A stretch of 64,000 bases of DNA from Yuukianura sp. NJ FZ-2021 (Eukaryota). Position numbers and translations under genes: made by a program. Below the pieces are notes generated by a model. The model did not search any database and was not told where the DNA came from. It saw only the letters and a program-made list of their open reading frames with translations. The DNA is taken from the NCBI GenBank assembly GCA_046563655.1, contig CM102286.1:2542001-2606000 (forward strand). The letters are read 5' to 3'. This document shows positions 1 through 11,178 of the stretch, one piece after another (position 1 is the first letter of the stretch; the number at the start of each line of letters is the position of its first letter).

Positions 1-1809
1 GTCGCTCAAATGGAACCGATGTGGTGACGAAACATAGCAATGGCGGATACCACACTTGGTCGTACACGTTACGTGAAAATATGACGCAATTCTTATGTTC
101 CGACAATATTTGGCAAACTAACGACCGAGTCTGGAGTGACCCTATCAACATCACCGTCACTCCACGAAGTAAGAATAAAAGTAGAATTTCGTACCTATAT
201 GATCAGCAAATTTTGTATAAGAGTAACTTTAATATTAATTTTCCACTAACATTTATTCGTAATTTAGTTATAGTTTGTGGTATTCTGGAACTGAAGTGCG
301 CCAGTGGACAATGCGTGAGGTATCAAAAACTTCCTAAGTACATTCAAATTGCAACAAACTCTTCTTAAAAACTATAACATCTATGATATTTTTTGTATAT
401 AGATCCAGTTACAGATGTGACGGCGACCGGTAAGCCAATCCCACTTAACATTTACCACATTTATCTGAGTTAAAACATTAACTTTTCCATTGGCTTTTTT
501 CTTTAAAAATAATTTGTGTTGTTCGTACTTACAGTGACTGTTTAGATGGTACTGACGAGCTCAATTGTCCAAGCACGACTACGACTACAGCTGCACCTGA
601 AACTACCGTTTCCTGTACATACCTTCAATTTACTTGTCACAGACATCGCTATGTCAACGAGTCTAGCGAAGCTTGTATCCCAGGTACGTATATTGAATCA
701 TTCCTTTACTACGTAATTAGCTGAAGAGGAATGAGGAATAACTTTACCATAATCTAGGTACATTTACCACAGTTTTTTTCACTCATTTTTTTTTAATTTC
801 AGTGGCGTATCGATGCGACGGAGACAAGTAAGTTGACCAAACACAAAATAACAACAAAATTTCCGAAGTTTGTCATAACTTTAGTGTACTATTTAAAAAA
901 TTGCTGACTTTAATCATTGTAATTGTTTCAGAGATTGCGCAGATGGCGAAGATGAAGAGAATTGCCCATCAACAACCACAACCACTACTACAGAAGTTCC
1001 CATTGGTAGCTACAAATTTACAAAAGGCGCCAAATTCCAATACATTAATCGACTTAACCATGTGTAGTATAACATTTCAACTGTTTAGGTTGTGGACCAA
1101 GCATGTTCGAGTGCAACAATGGCGACTGTATCAGGTAAGGTAGCTTTTACCGACATAGTAACTTGGAACATGTTCTTTACTGACGTATGTGGCATGGGTA
1201 TATTAGAATACACTTTTTGGTATACATTGTGGGGGTATATTATGGTAATATTTTAGTATACATTATGTATTAGTATAAATGTATAATATTTGGATATATT
1301 TTAGGGCCTCATACAAATGTGACTTGATGAAAGACTGTAAAGACGGTTCGGATGAACACCCAATACAAGACTGTGGAAACATGACAACTGCTGCCCCACC
1401 GGCTCCACGAACTTTACCACCAGTACCGGAACCCGTTCCAGAACCGGTTCCAGAAAACAAGACCGATTCTTGGTTTAACTTTGACTCTAAATTTACGGCT
1501 GAACCTGAACCAGAATCGTCTTCAGCTGGAGCTACAGCTGGTATTATCATTGGAGGTAATTTCAAAAATTCAACTTCTACCACAATCATCGTAAGTTAAA
1601 AGTCACAGTCTCGATAGTGCAGCTTACAATTAAAGTTTTATTGTTTTGCAGTAATACTGGTCATTGCACTCATCTGTCTGGCAGGATATGTTGTGTATAC
1701 TCGATATTACCCGCACGTCACACTTCCGCGGAGAGGCGTGGCAACTACTGCTTCGAATATCAAGTATACGAATCCGACATGTGACCAGGAAGAAGTTCTT
1801 ATAGGTTAA
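1..1809 (+). CDS. Single-pass membrane protein with three LDL-receptor class A repeats (5' end outside window)
   Basis: Spliced exons give LDLa motifs [52 protein letters not shown] and CNNGDCIRASYKCDLMKDCKDGSDEHPIQDC, with Thr/Pro-rich linkers. TM segment GIIIGVILVIALICLAGYVVY; short tail ...IKYTNPTCDQEEVLIG, stop TAA 1807-1809. GT-AG introns keep the frame. Confidence 0.85.
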
Positions 1810-1941
1810 CTAAAATCGAAAATGTCGGGGAGAAAAACGGCGGGAATTTAAGAAAATAAAATTATCCATTAATCGATTACTCACGCAGCAGAAAAAAATC
1901 CAATTAAATTCCATTTATTTTTTTGTTGGCGGTTTCAAATG

Positions 1942-3976
1942 CTAACAAATATCGGCAAAGTTTAACGTTGCCAAACTTCTGCCTGCAACTTGGCTGGGAC
2001 CACGACATTGTGGTGGACCTCCGACAATCAGCGAAAGATGGTCTCGCACCCAGCTACAAAACAATTAGACGAAAAATTTGGAATGATTGAATTTAAAAAT
2101 CAAAAACAAAATTTTGAAAATCCTGGTTTTCTTACTACGCAAAGTTCAAAATATTGCAGTCACATTTCCAGAAGTTGTCTTCAATATTAATCCTCGTAAA
2201 ATTCGACACATCTTCAAAAACGTCATCTTCCACCGATTCCAAATGGTTGTTGTCCAAATTCCTAGTGAAAAAGTTATACATAAATTAGGTTATGCCACTT
2301 ATGATAAAAAAAAATATGCTGTTATCATAAACTTGTTGCTGTGTAGTGTAGTACAATTGTGTAAGGTTGTGCAGTGAATCGACGGTTCCTCTGCGCAGAA
2401 TCTTGAGAATGTTGTTCGTGAGAGCCAGGGATTGGAGGTTATGCAGTCCTGCAAAAGCTCCGGGGTCAACAACTTCTATGTTATTTCCAGCCAGAAAAAG
2501 ACGCTTGAGCGATACAAGGGGTGCAAAGGCTCCATTTTCCAGATTCTCCAGAAAATTTCGACGTAGGTTCAATTCCCGAAGTGCCTTTAGATCCTTCCAG
2601 TAATAGGGAGTAATCTAATTGAAAAATTTTGATATCTATATTTCCAAAAATGTTAAGAGTATGAGTTCCAAGCCAAATTTTTTTTACCTCCGTGAACAAA
2701 TTCTCTGAAAGGTCAAGCGTCACCAAACCCTTTAGTCCATGAAATACAGATGCTGGAAGTTTTTCCAATTTATTTTGATGTAAATCCAGGTTTTGTAGTT
2801 CTTTGAGTTCATGGAATGTTCCGGGGTCAATGAAGGTCAACTTGTTTCCGTTCAATTTTATCGTTGTAAGTTCTTTCTGGGAAATCCTCTCTAAATTTTG
2901 AATCTGGTTGTTTGAAATGTCCAAAATTTTGAGTTTTGGCAGACTTTCCGGAAGATTTTTCCATTCAAGAATACGATTGGTCGAGAGTTGTAGGAATGTC
3001 AAGGCGTCAAGGCCTTGCCACTGATTGGAGTCAAATGAAGTCAGCAGATTTTCGGACAAATCCCTGCAAAACGAATTATAAGTCATATTATTTAAAAAAA
3101 AATCATGAATTCCAAAATATCAGCCATCATTCATCAACTTACAATGTTTCCAATCTGTTCAATTTTTTGAAAAGCTTGTTAGACACAAACTCCAGCTCGT
3201 TTCTTTGCAAAAGTCTACAACCACAATAATTTTTTTTTTCAATTTTTTTTAAATCGTTATGCAAAATTTCTCGTTTCAGCAAGCAAGATTTTCCTTACAA
3301 AATTTTTAAGTTTTCAACTGTATCAAAAATAGTTTCCGGAAGATAATTCAAACCGTTGTTGGACATATCTCTGAAAACATAAGCGTAAGCGTTTCAGTAA
3401 AAATGTTTATTGTATGAACGAATGACTTTACAAATCTTACATTTGACTAAGCCTGTTAAGTCGTTTGAAAACGTTTTGGTTTATAGAACGGATTTCATTG
3501 GACCCAACATCTCTGTAAAAAACGACGTATTAGCTAGTATACTTTGTTAAAAACTTTGTTAACAACTAAAATTAGAAATAAGCAATAACTTTACAATGTG
3601 AGTACGTCTTTTGGAATTGTTTGATCTTCCGGAATTCGGTTCAATGAAAGTCTGTAGCAGCTCACGGCGAAAGATGGTGCCACACATGCACAAGGTCCTT
3701 GGTTACATTGTATCCAGCGCTCGTTATGGTCAGATATCCGCCATACTGGAATTTTCAACCATGATTGTTCAAATTGATTGCAATTATTTGTATTGTTACT
3801 TTACCTGGCTGTTCTAAGGACTGAATCCGTTTTTCCAGGTTTTTAATACTTCTATAGAGGTCTCGATGGTCGTCGTCATCGCTAAGTTGTTCTTCGTTAG
3901 CATTTTCTGAAATGATAATTTCGATTAGCGTTAAACACAGTGTACCCAAAAATAAGTATGAAATTCGAGTTTCCAT
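1942..3976 (-). CDS. Secreted leucine-rich repeat protein (LRRNT - many typical LRRs - LRRCT)
   Basis: Signal peptide METRISYLFLGTLCLTLIEIIIS; LRRNT WIQCNQGPCAC; many LxxLxLxxNxL repeats in ORFs 2481-3086 and 2285-2572; LRRCT NFWKCDCNILNFAYW...PQCRGP, stop TAG 1942-1944; no TM segment. Multi-exon. Confidence 0.85.
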
Positions 3977-4305
3977 TTCGATAACCAATTAATTCGAAAT
4001 TTATTTTGAACGATTTTACAGTAAATGTAAGGATTTATGTTCTACTCCGACTTCAAATCATGAACAACATGCTATGAAGGTCTGGAATAATTTTCGGTGA
4101 GAATTCTGTCAGTTTTTCATATCGTGATCAATTGAATGTAATTAGAATGACCTTTACAATATTACTTGGAATCTTCCCTTGAAAAAATAAAGGATGCTAA
4201 CGTCTCTTGTCAATCAACCGACGCGACGTCCTAGGGGTATGAAACCTAAAAATAAATTGTAACACAATACTTGGATACCAATTGCTTAAATATCCTATTC
4301 AAAAA

Positions 4306-5112
4306 TTATGTTGAGCAACTATCAGGGTAAATACTCTGTAGCTTGTCTATGACATCCCGGAATGCAGGTCCCTCGTAGCGAAGTTCGTCAGTCCAGTAAG
4401 AAGAAGAGGCGTTGCATCTGCGCAGTACGACGTTTGAATGGTCGCCATGCTCAAATGTTGCTGACATTTTTTCGTAGTAGTGACAAACTTCCTGGTCATC
4501 TCCTTCTCTAGGTGTTGTTCCATATGGTGGACATAGGAAATCAATAAATGCTGCATATGGACGCTCGAGAGGTGATCGATCTTCAGATGTTGATGTATCT
4601 GCGAAGTATTCGATTTGATGGATATTCTTTTCTTCTGGTTCGAGTATTTCCGGACGATGTGATGAACTGAGTATATTGGAAGTTCCGCCTCTCGCTGTAA
4701 AGTAAGGTCCATCACGACCAAGGATTGTGAAGCTACTAATCTTGAGTTTGCCAGCGATTACTTTAAGGGCTCCTTCCATTCCAGGATGATCGTGTAATGG
4801 AAGTTGACCTCCTTTGAATACAACGAATATCCCGAGACTAAACCATTTGTTTTGGTGAAGTTCCATGTAACCTACTGGAGCCGGAGCGTTGTGGCTTTTC
4901 ATTTGCTGAATGCTCTGTTTCAAATTGAAATCTTCCTCGGTGGTACAGTGTAGAGCATCCAACAATTCGTCATGGGTATCCAAGTATCCTTTGGGCAATG
5001 AACTGCGCGACGTCGATGATAGAGATCCATGCCCAAGACTGTTTCCAGGGGCATTCATAATAGCACCATAAGCGTAGGCTGCTTTCAGTATCCGCTCGAT
5101 TTTCGATTTCAT
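4306..5112 (-). CDS. ADO: 2-aminoethanethiol (cysteamine) dioxygenase, PCO/ADO cupin family
   Basis: 268-aa intronless ORF with LPLHDHPGMEGALKV, NIHQI and AAFIDFLCPPY motifs plus C-terminal YEGP, all characteristic of ADO/plant cysteine oxidases. Confidence 0.92.
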   Translation of the reverse strand: MKSKIERILKAAYAYGAIMNAPGNSLGHGSLSSTSRSSLPKGYLDTHDELLDALHCTTEEDFNLKQSIQQMKSHNAPAPVGYMELHQNKWFSLGIFVVFKGGQLPLHDHPGMEGALKVIAGKLKISSFTILGRDGPYFTARGGTSNILSSSHRPEILEPEEKNIHQIEYFADTSTSEDRSPLERPYAAFIDFLCPPYGTTPREGDDQEVCHYYEKMSATFEHGDHSNVVLRRCNASSSYWTDELRYEGPAFRDVIDKLQSIYPDSCST

Positions 5113-5841
5113 TTCGTTCTCTTCAGCAATCTAACGCATTACAAACAGTTTGATTAGGTTACATCGTGTAAGTGGTAAAATAACAAATATTAGAATAAGA
5201 AATTAAGGCAAGTAATTACCTGTTAAATTTATAAATATATCATGTATAAATCAAGCCCCAATTTCCAGAGACAGACTTCGTAATCGTAACAGCTGTGCTG
5301 TTGATATCCAGGAATCCAGGCTCACTGTATGAAGCAAATCCTTCGAATAATAGAGCTGAATTAATTAGCTGAATTAGCGGTAACTTAACTGCAAGCTAAT
5401 TGATAATTAAAGTTAGACTTTCGTCGGCTACGTTGTTTAGAATACACCATTTTTTAAGAAAGAAGCGCAGTAGGGTTTATTTGAACAAGCGAAAGATAAA
5501 CTAAACTCTACAAGAAAAATAAGAGAAGGGTGACAGGGAGTGAGAGAAGAAACCGCTAGAATGACTTGCAAAATTAAATCAAAGTTAAATTTTTAAAGTT
5601 TCGCGCCATGTCCACAGCCCTCGTTACTGCCATTTCGACGTATTGAAAACGTATTAGCACCTAAACCTTATAACCCGTATATAAGCAACCATTTAAAATA
5701 ATTAAATAATTAAAATAAAATGAAATAATTAAAAAATAAATAAATCAAAAGCGATTAAAATGTTATCTACTACGACTATTCAATGGGATACCGGCGAAGC
5801 TGAGAAATAAGCTGCGAAATGGTTGGATTTTTCAAAGCAAA

Positions 5842-7154
5842 TTACGGAAGGCTATCGAAATTGATTTGAGGACGACGATTGACCTCTTTCCGGATGAAAT
5901 CTACACCAGTTTGGACCATTTCGTCAAAGAACCCGCAATTTTTCAAAAAGAAGTGTCCATCTTCCGATACACCACCAGCGTAGTCATGTCGTCCATTTCT
6001 TGACGTCTCATCCCCAGTATATCTTGCCTTCACAACTTCCTTCATAGTACCGTCAATCATTCTTACCCATTGGTTCTGGAACAAAACCTGTCTGGGAAGA
6101 TGACCTGTTTCTGGTAAGAAATTTTCTGAAAACGAATACAAGCCTTTCAGATACGTTGACTTTTTTGGTTTCTGGAAACTTGCAATCAGTTGCCAATCGG
6201 CTTCCGGGGGACGAAACCACGCAGTGCACTTTGTATTGTCAGCATCCAATGGAACAGCAGTGAGTAAAAACTTGTATGTTTTGTCCGTTGTCCAATAGTG
6301 TTTTAGGAAGGACTGCTTTCCAGAACCTTCACCGCCAAAGTCATAGACTTCCACGTTGGGACCTTTCTCCAGCAATATGACTCTGTACTCTTCTGGAATA
6401 TGCTCGGGATTGTCAGTGTCAAAGTCCGACCAAACTGAAAACAGAATACGTCTCTCCGTGAAACCGTTCACTTGCATGCCGAAGTATCCCTCGGAAAATC
6501 CATTGGCCATAAAGTAGGCTCCGATTACGTCCTGTCCAGGTTCAACTCTGATTTCGTTGTAAAAGTATTCAATGTTTCCTGTTATTTGCGGATCGTAGTT
6601 AAAGTGGATCGATGGACCTCGTCGTCCGAAGTAGAAAAAATCAGGATCCGAAACATAAATAACGTCGCCGACGATGTTTGATAGGATGACTTCCGCGACG
6701 TCACCGAAGTAAGGTCCAGCCTTGGATATTCCTTGGATGTCAAGCTGGACATATCCAGCGGCATCGGTTGAAAATTCACCAATTGGTTGAATATATGATT
6801 CGACTCCTTCAATTACGACATCGTAGGTCTCTCGACCTGCAATCGACACACGAATCAGGCTACTTCCTTCGGGTACTTTTAACCTCAGCGAGACCGGGAA
6901 ATTTTCGGCTCCAGCCAATTTAAAAAACACGCTGCATATTGACTCTGGATCCATCCAGTTTCCTAATCCGGCGTCCGTGATGATTTCAGGCGATTGGTAG
7001 CTGCCATATTTCGTAATAAATGCATTACCCCCAAGGTGAATATTGACATCTCTCTCCAACTGAAAGTATACAAATTATTTCACAAATTATGAAGTTTGAA
7101 AAATGAATTTCAAAAGAAGTTAGGCTAAGCTGAATTTACCTTAGAAGCTGCCAT
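5842..7154 (-). CDS. Bacterial-type DUF5077 + DUF3472 domain protein (candidate horizontally acquired gene)
   Basis: Motifs FYFGRRGPSIHFNY, EYFYNEIRV, YFMANGFSEGYFGMQVN, ERRILFSVWS, DFGGEGSGKQSFL, YSFSENF and FFLKNCGFF match my recollection of Bacteroidetes DUF3472 proteins. Micro first exon ATGGCAGCTTCTAAG (MAASK, 7154-7140) is joined in frame to exon 7059-5842 across an 80-nt GT-AG intron (7139-7060). Confidence 0.8.
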
Positions 7155-8204
7155 TTCTTCTTCAAATCCAAAACGAATTTGTACCTATAAATTTAGTAGG
7201 ATGAATTTACGCCAGTATTAAACTGCAACAACTCCGGAACAACGCAAAAGATGGAATATTTTGTTAACCTTATAATAAATTTAAGTATGTCACTCACCTA
7301 GTTACGTATTCATGACGCATGACGCTGGAAGTCAATTAGCAAGTTTATCCGGGACGACTCAAAAACGACGCAGTGGGGTGACACAATTGCATTATTAATT
7401 GTTGACTAAATGATTAATTTTAAGTGAGGAATTAGGTCATCCTTGTCAGCTTCTAGAATTTAGTTGATTTGAACTAAATTTCAAATTTACGACGCCATAA
7501 CACATTTTTTGCGGGTTCTTGCGCAGGGTGGGGCGATATGAGATGAAAGTACTTTTTAAATTAAAATTCGCGGCAACAGAAAACCTAACTCAAGTTTTCG
7601 GTTTTTTTTTAAACGAAAATATTTGCATTACTAAAAATTGTTTCACTCGTCAATTGTTAATTGACGATTACGAATTTACATACAGTGTGTATTTTAAACG
7701 TTCCTACATAGTATCAACTACGGTAAAAACGGTGTCGACGAATCCGCGTTACGGTAACTCAATATTAAAATAATTCGAATATGCGTTTGTATTTTTGAAA
7801 GTCGGACTAAGGGATTCCTAAAGTCACTACCTGGCACCATTCATTCCATCGAACTTCTATCACTGACGAAACAACGAAATCTCTAAGAATTTAACTATTT
7901 TTATAGTTATTTACTGAGTGATTAATTTACTTCTTTTATTTTTGTTTGCAGAGACAAAGAGGAAGGTCAATCAGGAACTGAGTATAAGGCAGGCAGGCGC
8001 GTAGCGAGTAATTGGAATCTCATCGCGGAACAACGGTACAAATTGAAAAATAGAACAAGAAGCGAATTTACATTTAAGAATTTAAATTATTCCATGTTCT
8101 GTTTTACGACTTGCTGATTGCGATTCTGATATAAATTTTAGACGATTTATAAGGCAAGGCACGCACACTCAGGCTTACTGTGATTGGCATCCGCTTAAAA
8201 CAGA

Positions 8205-9793
8205 ATGAGAAGAATAGAACGAGCATTCAAAGCATCATACGTTTATGGCGGTGTTATCAATGGCCGTGGCAGCATGTACCATGGATCGCTATTGTCGGCA
8301 TCAGCAGCACAGAACTCACTTCCGATGGAATCAGCGTATTCAGATACACAATGTGAACTTGCAACAGGTGTCAAACGCTATTCTCGTGAAGATTTTAACT
8401 TCAAACAGAGCATTCACACGATGAGAAACCTTCACGCCCCCTCCGCTTATGTGAGCCCTTACGAAAGAAAATATTCAAGTCCCCCTAATCCGCCAGAAGC
8501 ATTGGGGCCTACAGTACCTTCTATTGTACCAACTTCGACTGTAAAAAAGAGGATCAAGCGGAAAGGGGGAACATTACAACAGGAAATGGAAGAAACGGAA
8601 TCTGAAGCTCGCTCTAGAACGTATCCGGTTGTAGCTTACGCAACATGCGATGAAATCAATTTGGAAAAGCTGAGGAGAGGCCTTTCCGTGCAGGGCCTGT
8701 ACGTTGTGACTGCATGGCCGAAAGATTGCGGTAAACGAAATTTTAATTGACTTCAGCCCGTATTAACTTTTCATGATCAACTTGAACCGCTGTGGGCTAT
8801 TAATTATTAGATGCAGCTCTTCATGATGTCATTCATGTGCTGGCCAAGTATCCTACAAGCGATGAGCCTAGGGAAATTTTTTTCTTTCGCGAAGGAACTG
8901 TCGTCTTTTGGAACGTCCCAGAACTGGAGCGAAACAATGTGCTACTGTAAGTCTTGACTTAATCTCATGCAATGTAGATTGGCATTATATAATCTTAACC
9001 AAACTTATTACTGTTTTTGTGTAGATTCCTTTCAGAATTCCAGGAAGAAAGTTATGGAGCCGCCGAAGTTTTGCAAGAGAGTGAGTACATGCTGTACACT
9101 CACAGTTCAAATGAGCAGCAAAGGTGAATCTCAGATTCCAAAACAATCGTTTCAGTATTTCTTTTCCTAGATATTTAAAGAGGAGGTCAAATTTTTTGTC
9201 TTTTTTAGACAAACCAAGTTAGTTCGAGGTCAAATTCAGCTAAGCCCGACTTCAGACAATCTGACCCTGGAGAAATATACTGTTGCCAATTCAATGGCAC
9301 TGTCAGTGAAACTTGGAATATTGGAGTCAACGCTGGATAAATTTGTGGAGGGTATTGATCAAATGACCGAGGTAACCTCTCCAAAGCATGAAATCGCTGA
9401 AAATCAAATGGCTTCACAGTGTTTCAATGTTTGTTTACCTTTTAGGAACTCAAAGCCGGAACAAAACTGAAAGCAACTCGTGCTGAAGTGCTTCGGAAAA
9501 CGGGCGAATTATTCTCGCTTCGAAATGAACTGAATTTGAATTCAGATTTACTGGATACTCCAGACTTTTATTGGGAACATGAAGACCTTGAAAGCTTGTA
9601 TCACAAAATGTGCAACTATTTAAGTATCGGGCGTCGTACAGGAGTTATGAACGAGAAATTGTCACAGTGTTGTGAACTATTAGAACTCATAACGGGATAC
9701 TTGAATGACAAGCACCATGTTCGGCTGGAATGGATGATTATTGCCTTAATTACAATTGAGGTTGTCCTCGGCCTAAGTCACTTTGTCAAGTAA
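8205..9793 (+). CDS. RMND1: Required for meiotic nuclear division 1 homolog (DUF155 / RMD1-Sif2 family, mitochondrial translation factor)
   Basis: Exons ~8205-8730, 8811-8946, 9025-9080, 9171-9371, 9446-9793. Motifs VVAYATCDEINL, EIFFFREGTVVFWN, LEKYTVANSMALSVKLGILE, LNLNSDLLDTPDFYWE and HHVRLEWMIIALITIEV (C-terminal TM). Confidence 0.92.
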
Positions 9794-11178
9794 TTTGACA
9801 AATTGCCTTACATTTTTACTAAAATACTTAATTGATGACGACAAATACTTATTTTCGGTAGTAAAAATTTGTGTAATACCTAGTATTTGCGTTATAATTT
9901 GGAGATCTTTGCAAAAGCGGAAGCATCCCTTCATTTCTAAAAATTTTTGATCCTGCATCTAAAAGTTTTATTTTTTGATTTTTCAGTTGACTTGCTTCCG
10001 GACTTTAGACATTCAATTTTCTGTCATCAATCAACAACCTCAGCCCAGCGTCCATCGTGTGACTGTCGTCTCGTCCGTGGTCAGTGACGACGGACAAGTC
10101 GTTTCTTGACGTCGTATGTGGTGATACGTCTAGTATTAAAGTTTCCTGCAATTGTGGGTTTAGGTACTTGGAGGAGGATGGAAGTTGCAACATCTTACAT
10201 CAGCAGTTGTGGCGACTATAACAAAAAAGTGAAGATTATTTGGAAAGTGTAATACAGTTACAGTTTTACACTGCATCAGCATTAGGTTTAAATTTAATTT
10301 TTATGATTATGCTCCCATGCTTCCTTGCGTTTTTGAGCGTTGAGTCATCCTCTCACACTATGATTTTTTATGTTTTTGCACATAAAATATAGCAGAGGAG
10401 GAAAGTGGTTTAGGTTTGGTGGTTGAAAAGGAAAAGGGAGTTCCTGTTTGGTGCTGTATCTCTCTTCGCTTCACTGACTACTGACATCATGTTAAGTCAC
10501 CAGCTGATTTATAATTAAACAAATTAACAGGAAAGTGGACAAAAACTATATCATAAACACTTCAGTCCAATTCAACCCGTATCCACTTTGGGAACACTTC
10601 AGCGCCGTTATCTTTACGTTACTGGTGAAGCGGTTTTAGCAGTTTCGTGACATTGACCTAAATTGACACATTTCATCTTCGTTTACGTCCGACGACGAGG
10701 TGTGGTGTAATAGTAGGCGTGGCTCGCAGTAAAAGAAGTACTGAGAGGTAATTCGTTATCTTTGCAATTAAAGGTAAAAACCTTTTGTACTAAAATGTAA
10801 GATTTTAGATCTAAAGAAAGATTTACATTACGATTGCACAATTACACTGTTTGTTTTATTCAAGGTTTGACTGCGAACGGGCAATAATCGGGTTTACGAC
10901 GTACGTTCATCTCCACATCCAAATGTTGATAAGGTCGTTCCCGATTCCTGGACTTCCTGCGACAGGTCACTAAATTGTGCCGTATACGCAGTACATTGGG
11001 TTCTACCACTTTGGTCTTGGTTGAATACGAAATTGAATCGAACTATCGAGGACACCGACGTCTACCCGGCAACCCAGCCTATACGTTACCTCTCGAATGC
11101 AAGAGGAATTCCAAGTCTTCCTACTTCGTCGCAACGATTTTGCTTACCGACGTTTTTATACTTACGACATTTGATACA

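Noticed and set aside
2573..2700. Apparent frameshift between LRR ORFs 2481-3086 and 2285-2572 (pseudogene)
   Set aside because: Explained by a short GT-AG intron (donor after ...FTE at ~2687, acceptor ~2616).
5842..7059. Bacterial contamination or misassembly as the explanation for the DUF3472 gene
   Set aside because: An in-frame spliceosomal intron with its own start exon and AT-rich eukaryote-like flanks argue for integration; read support is still needed.
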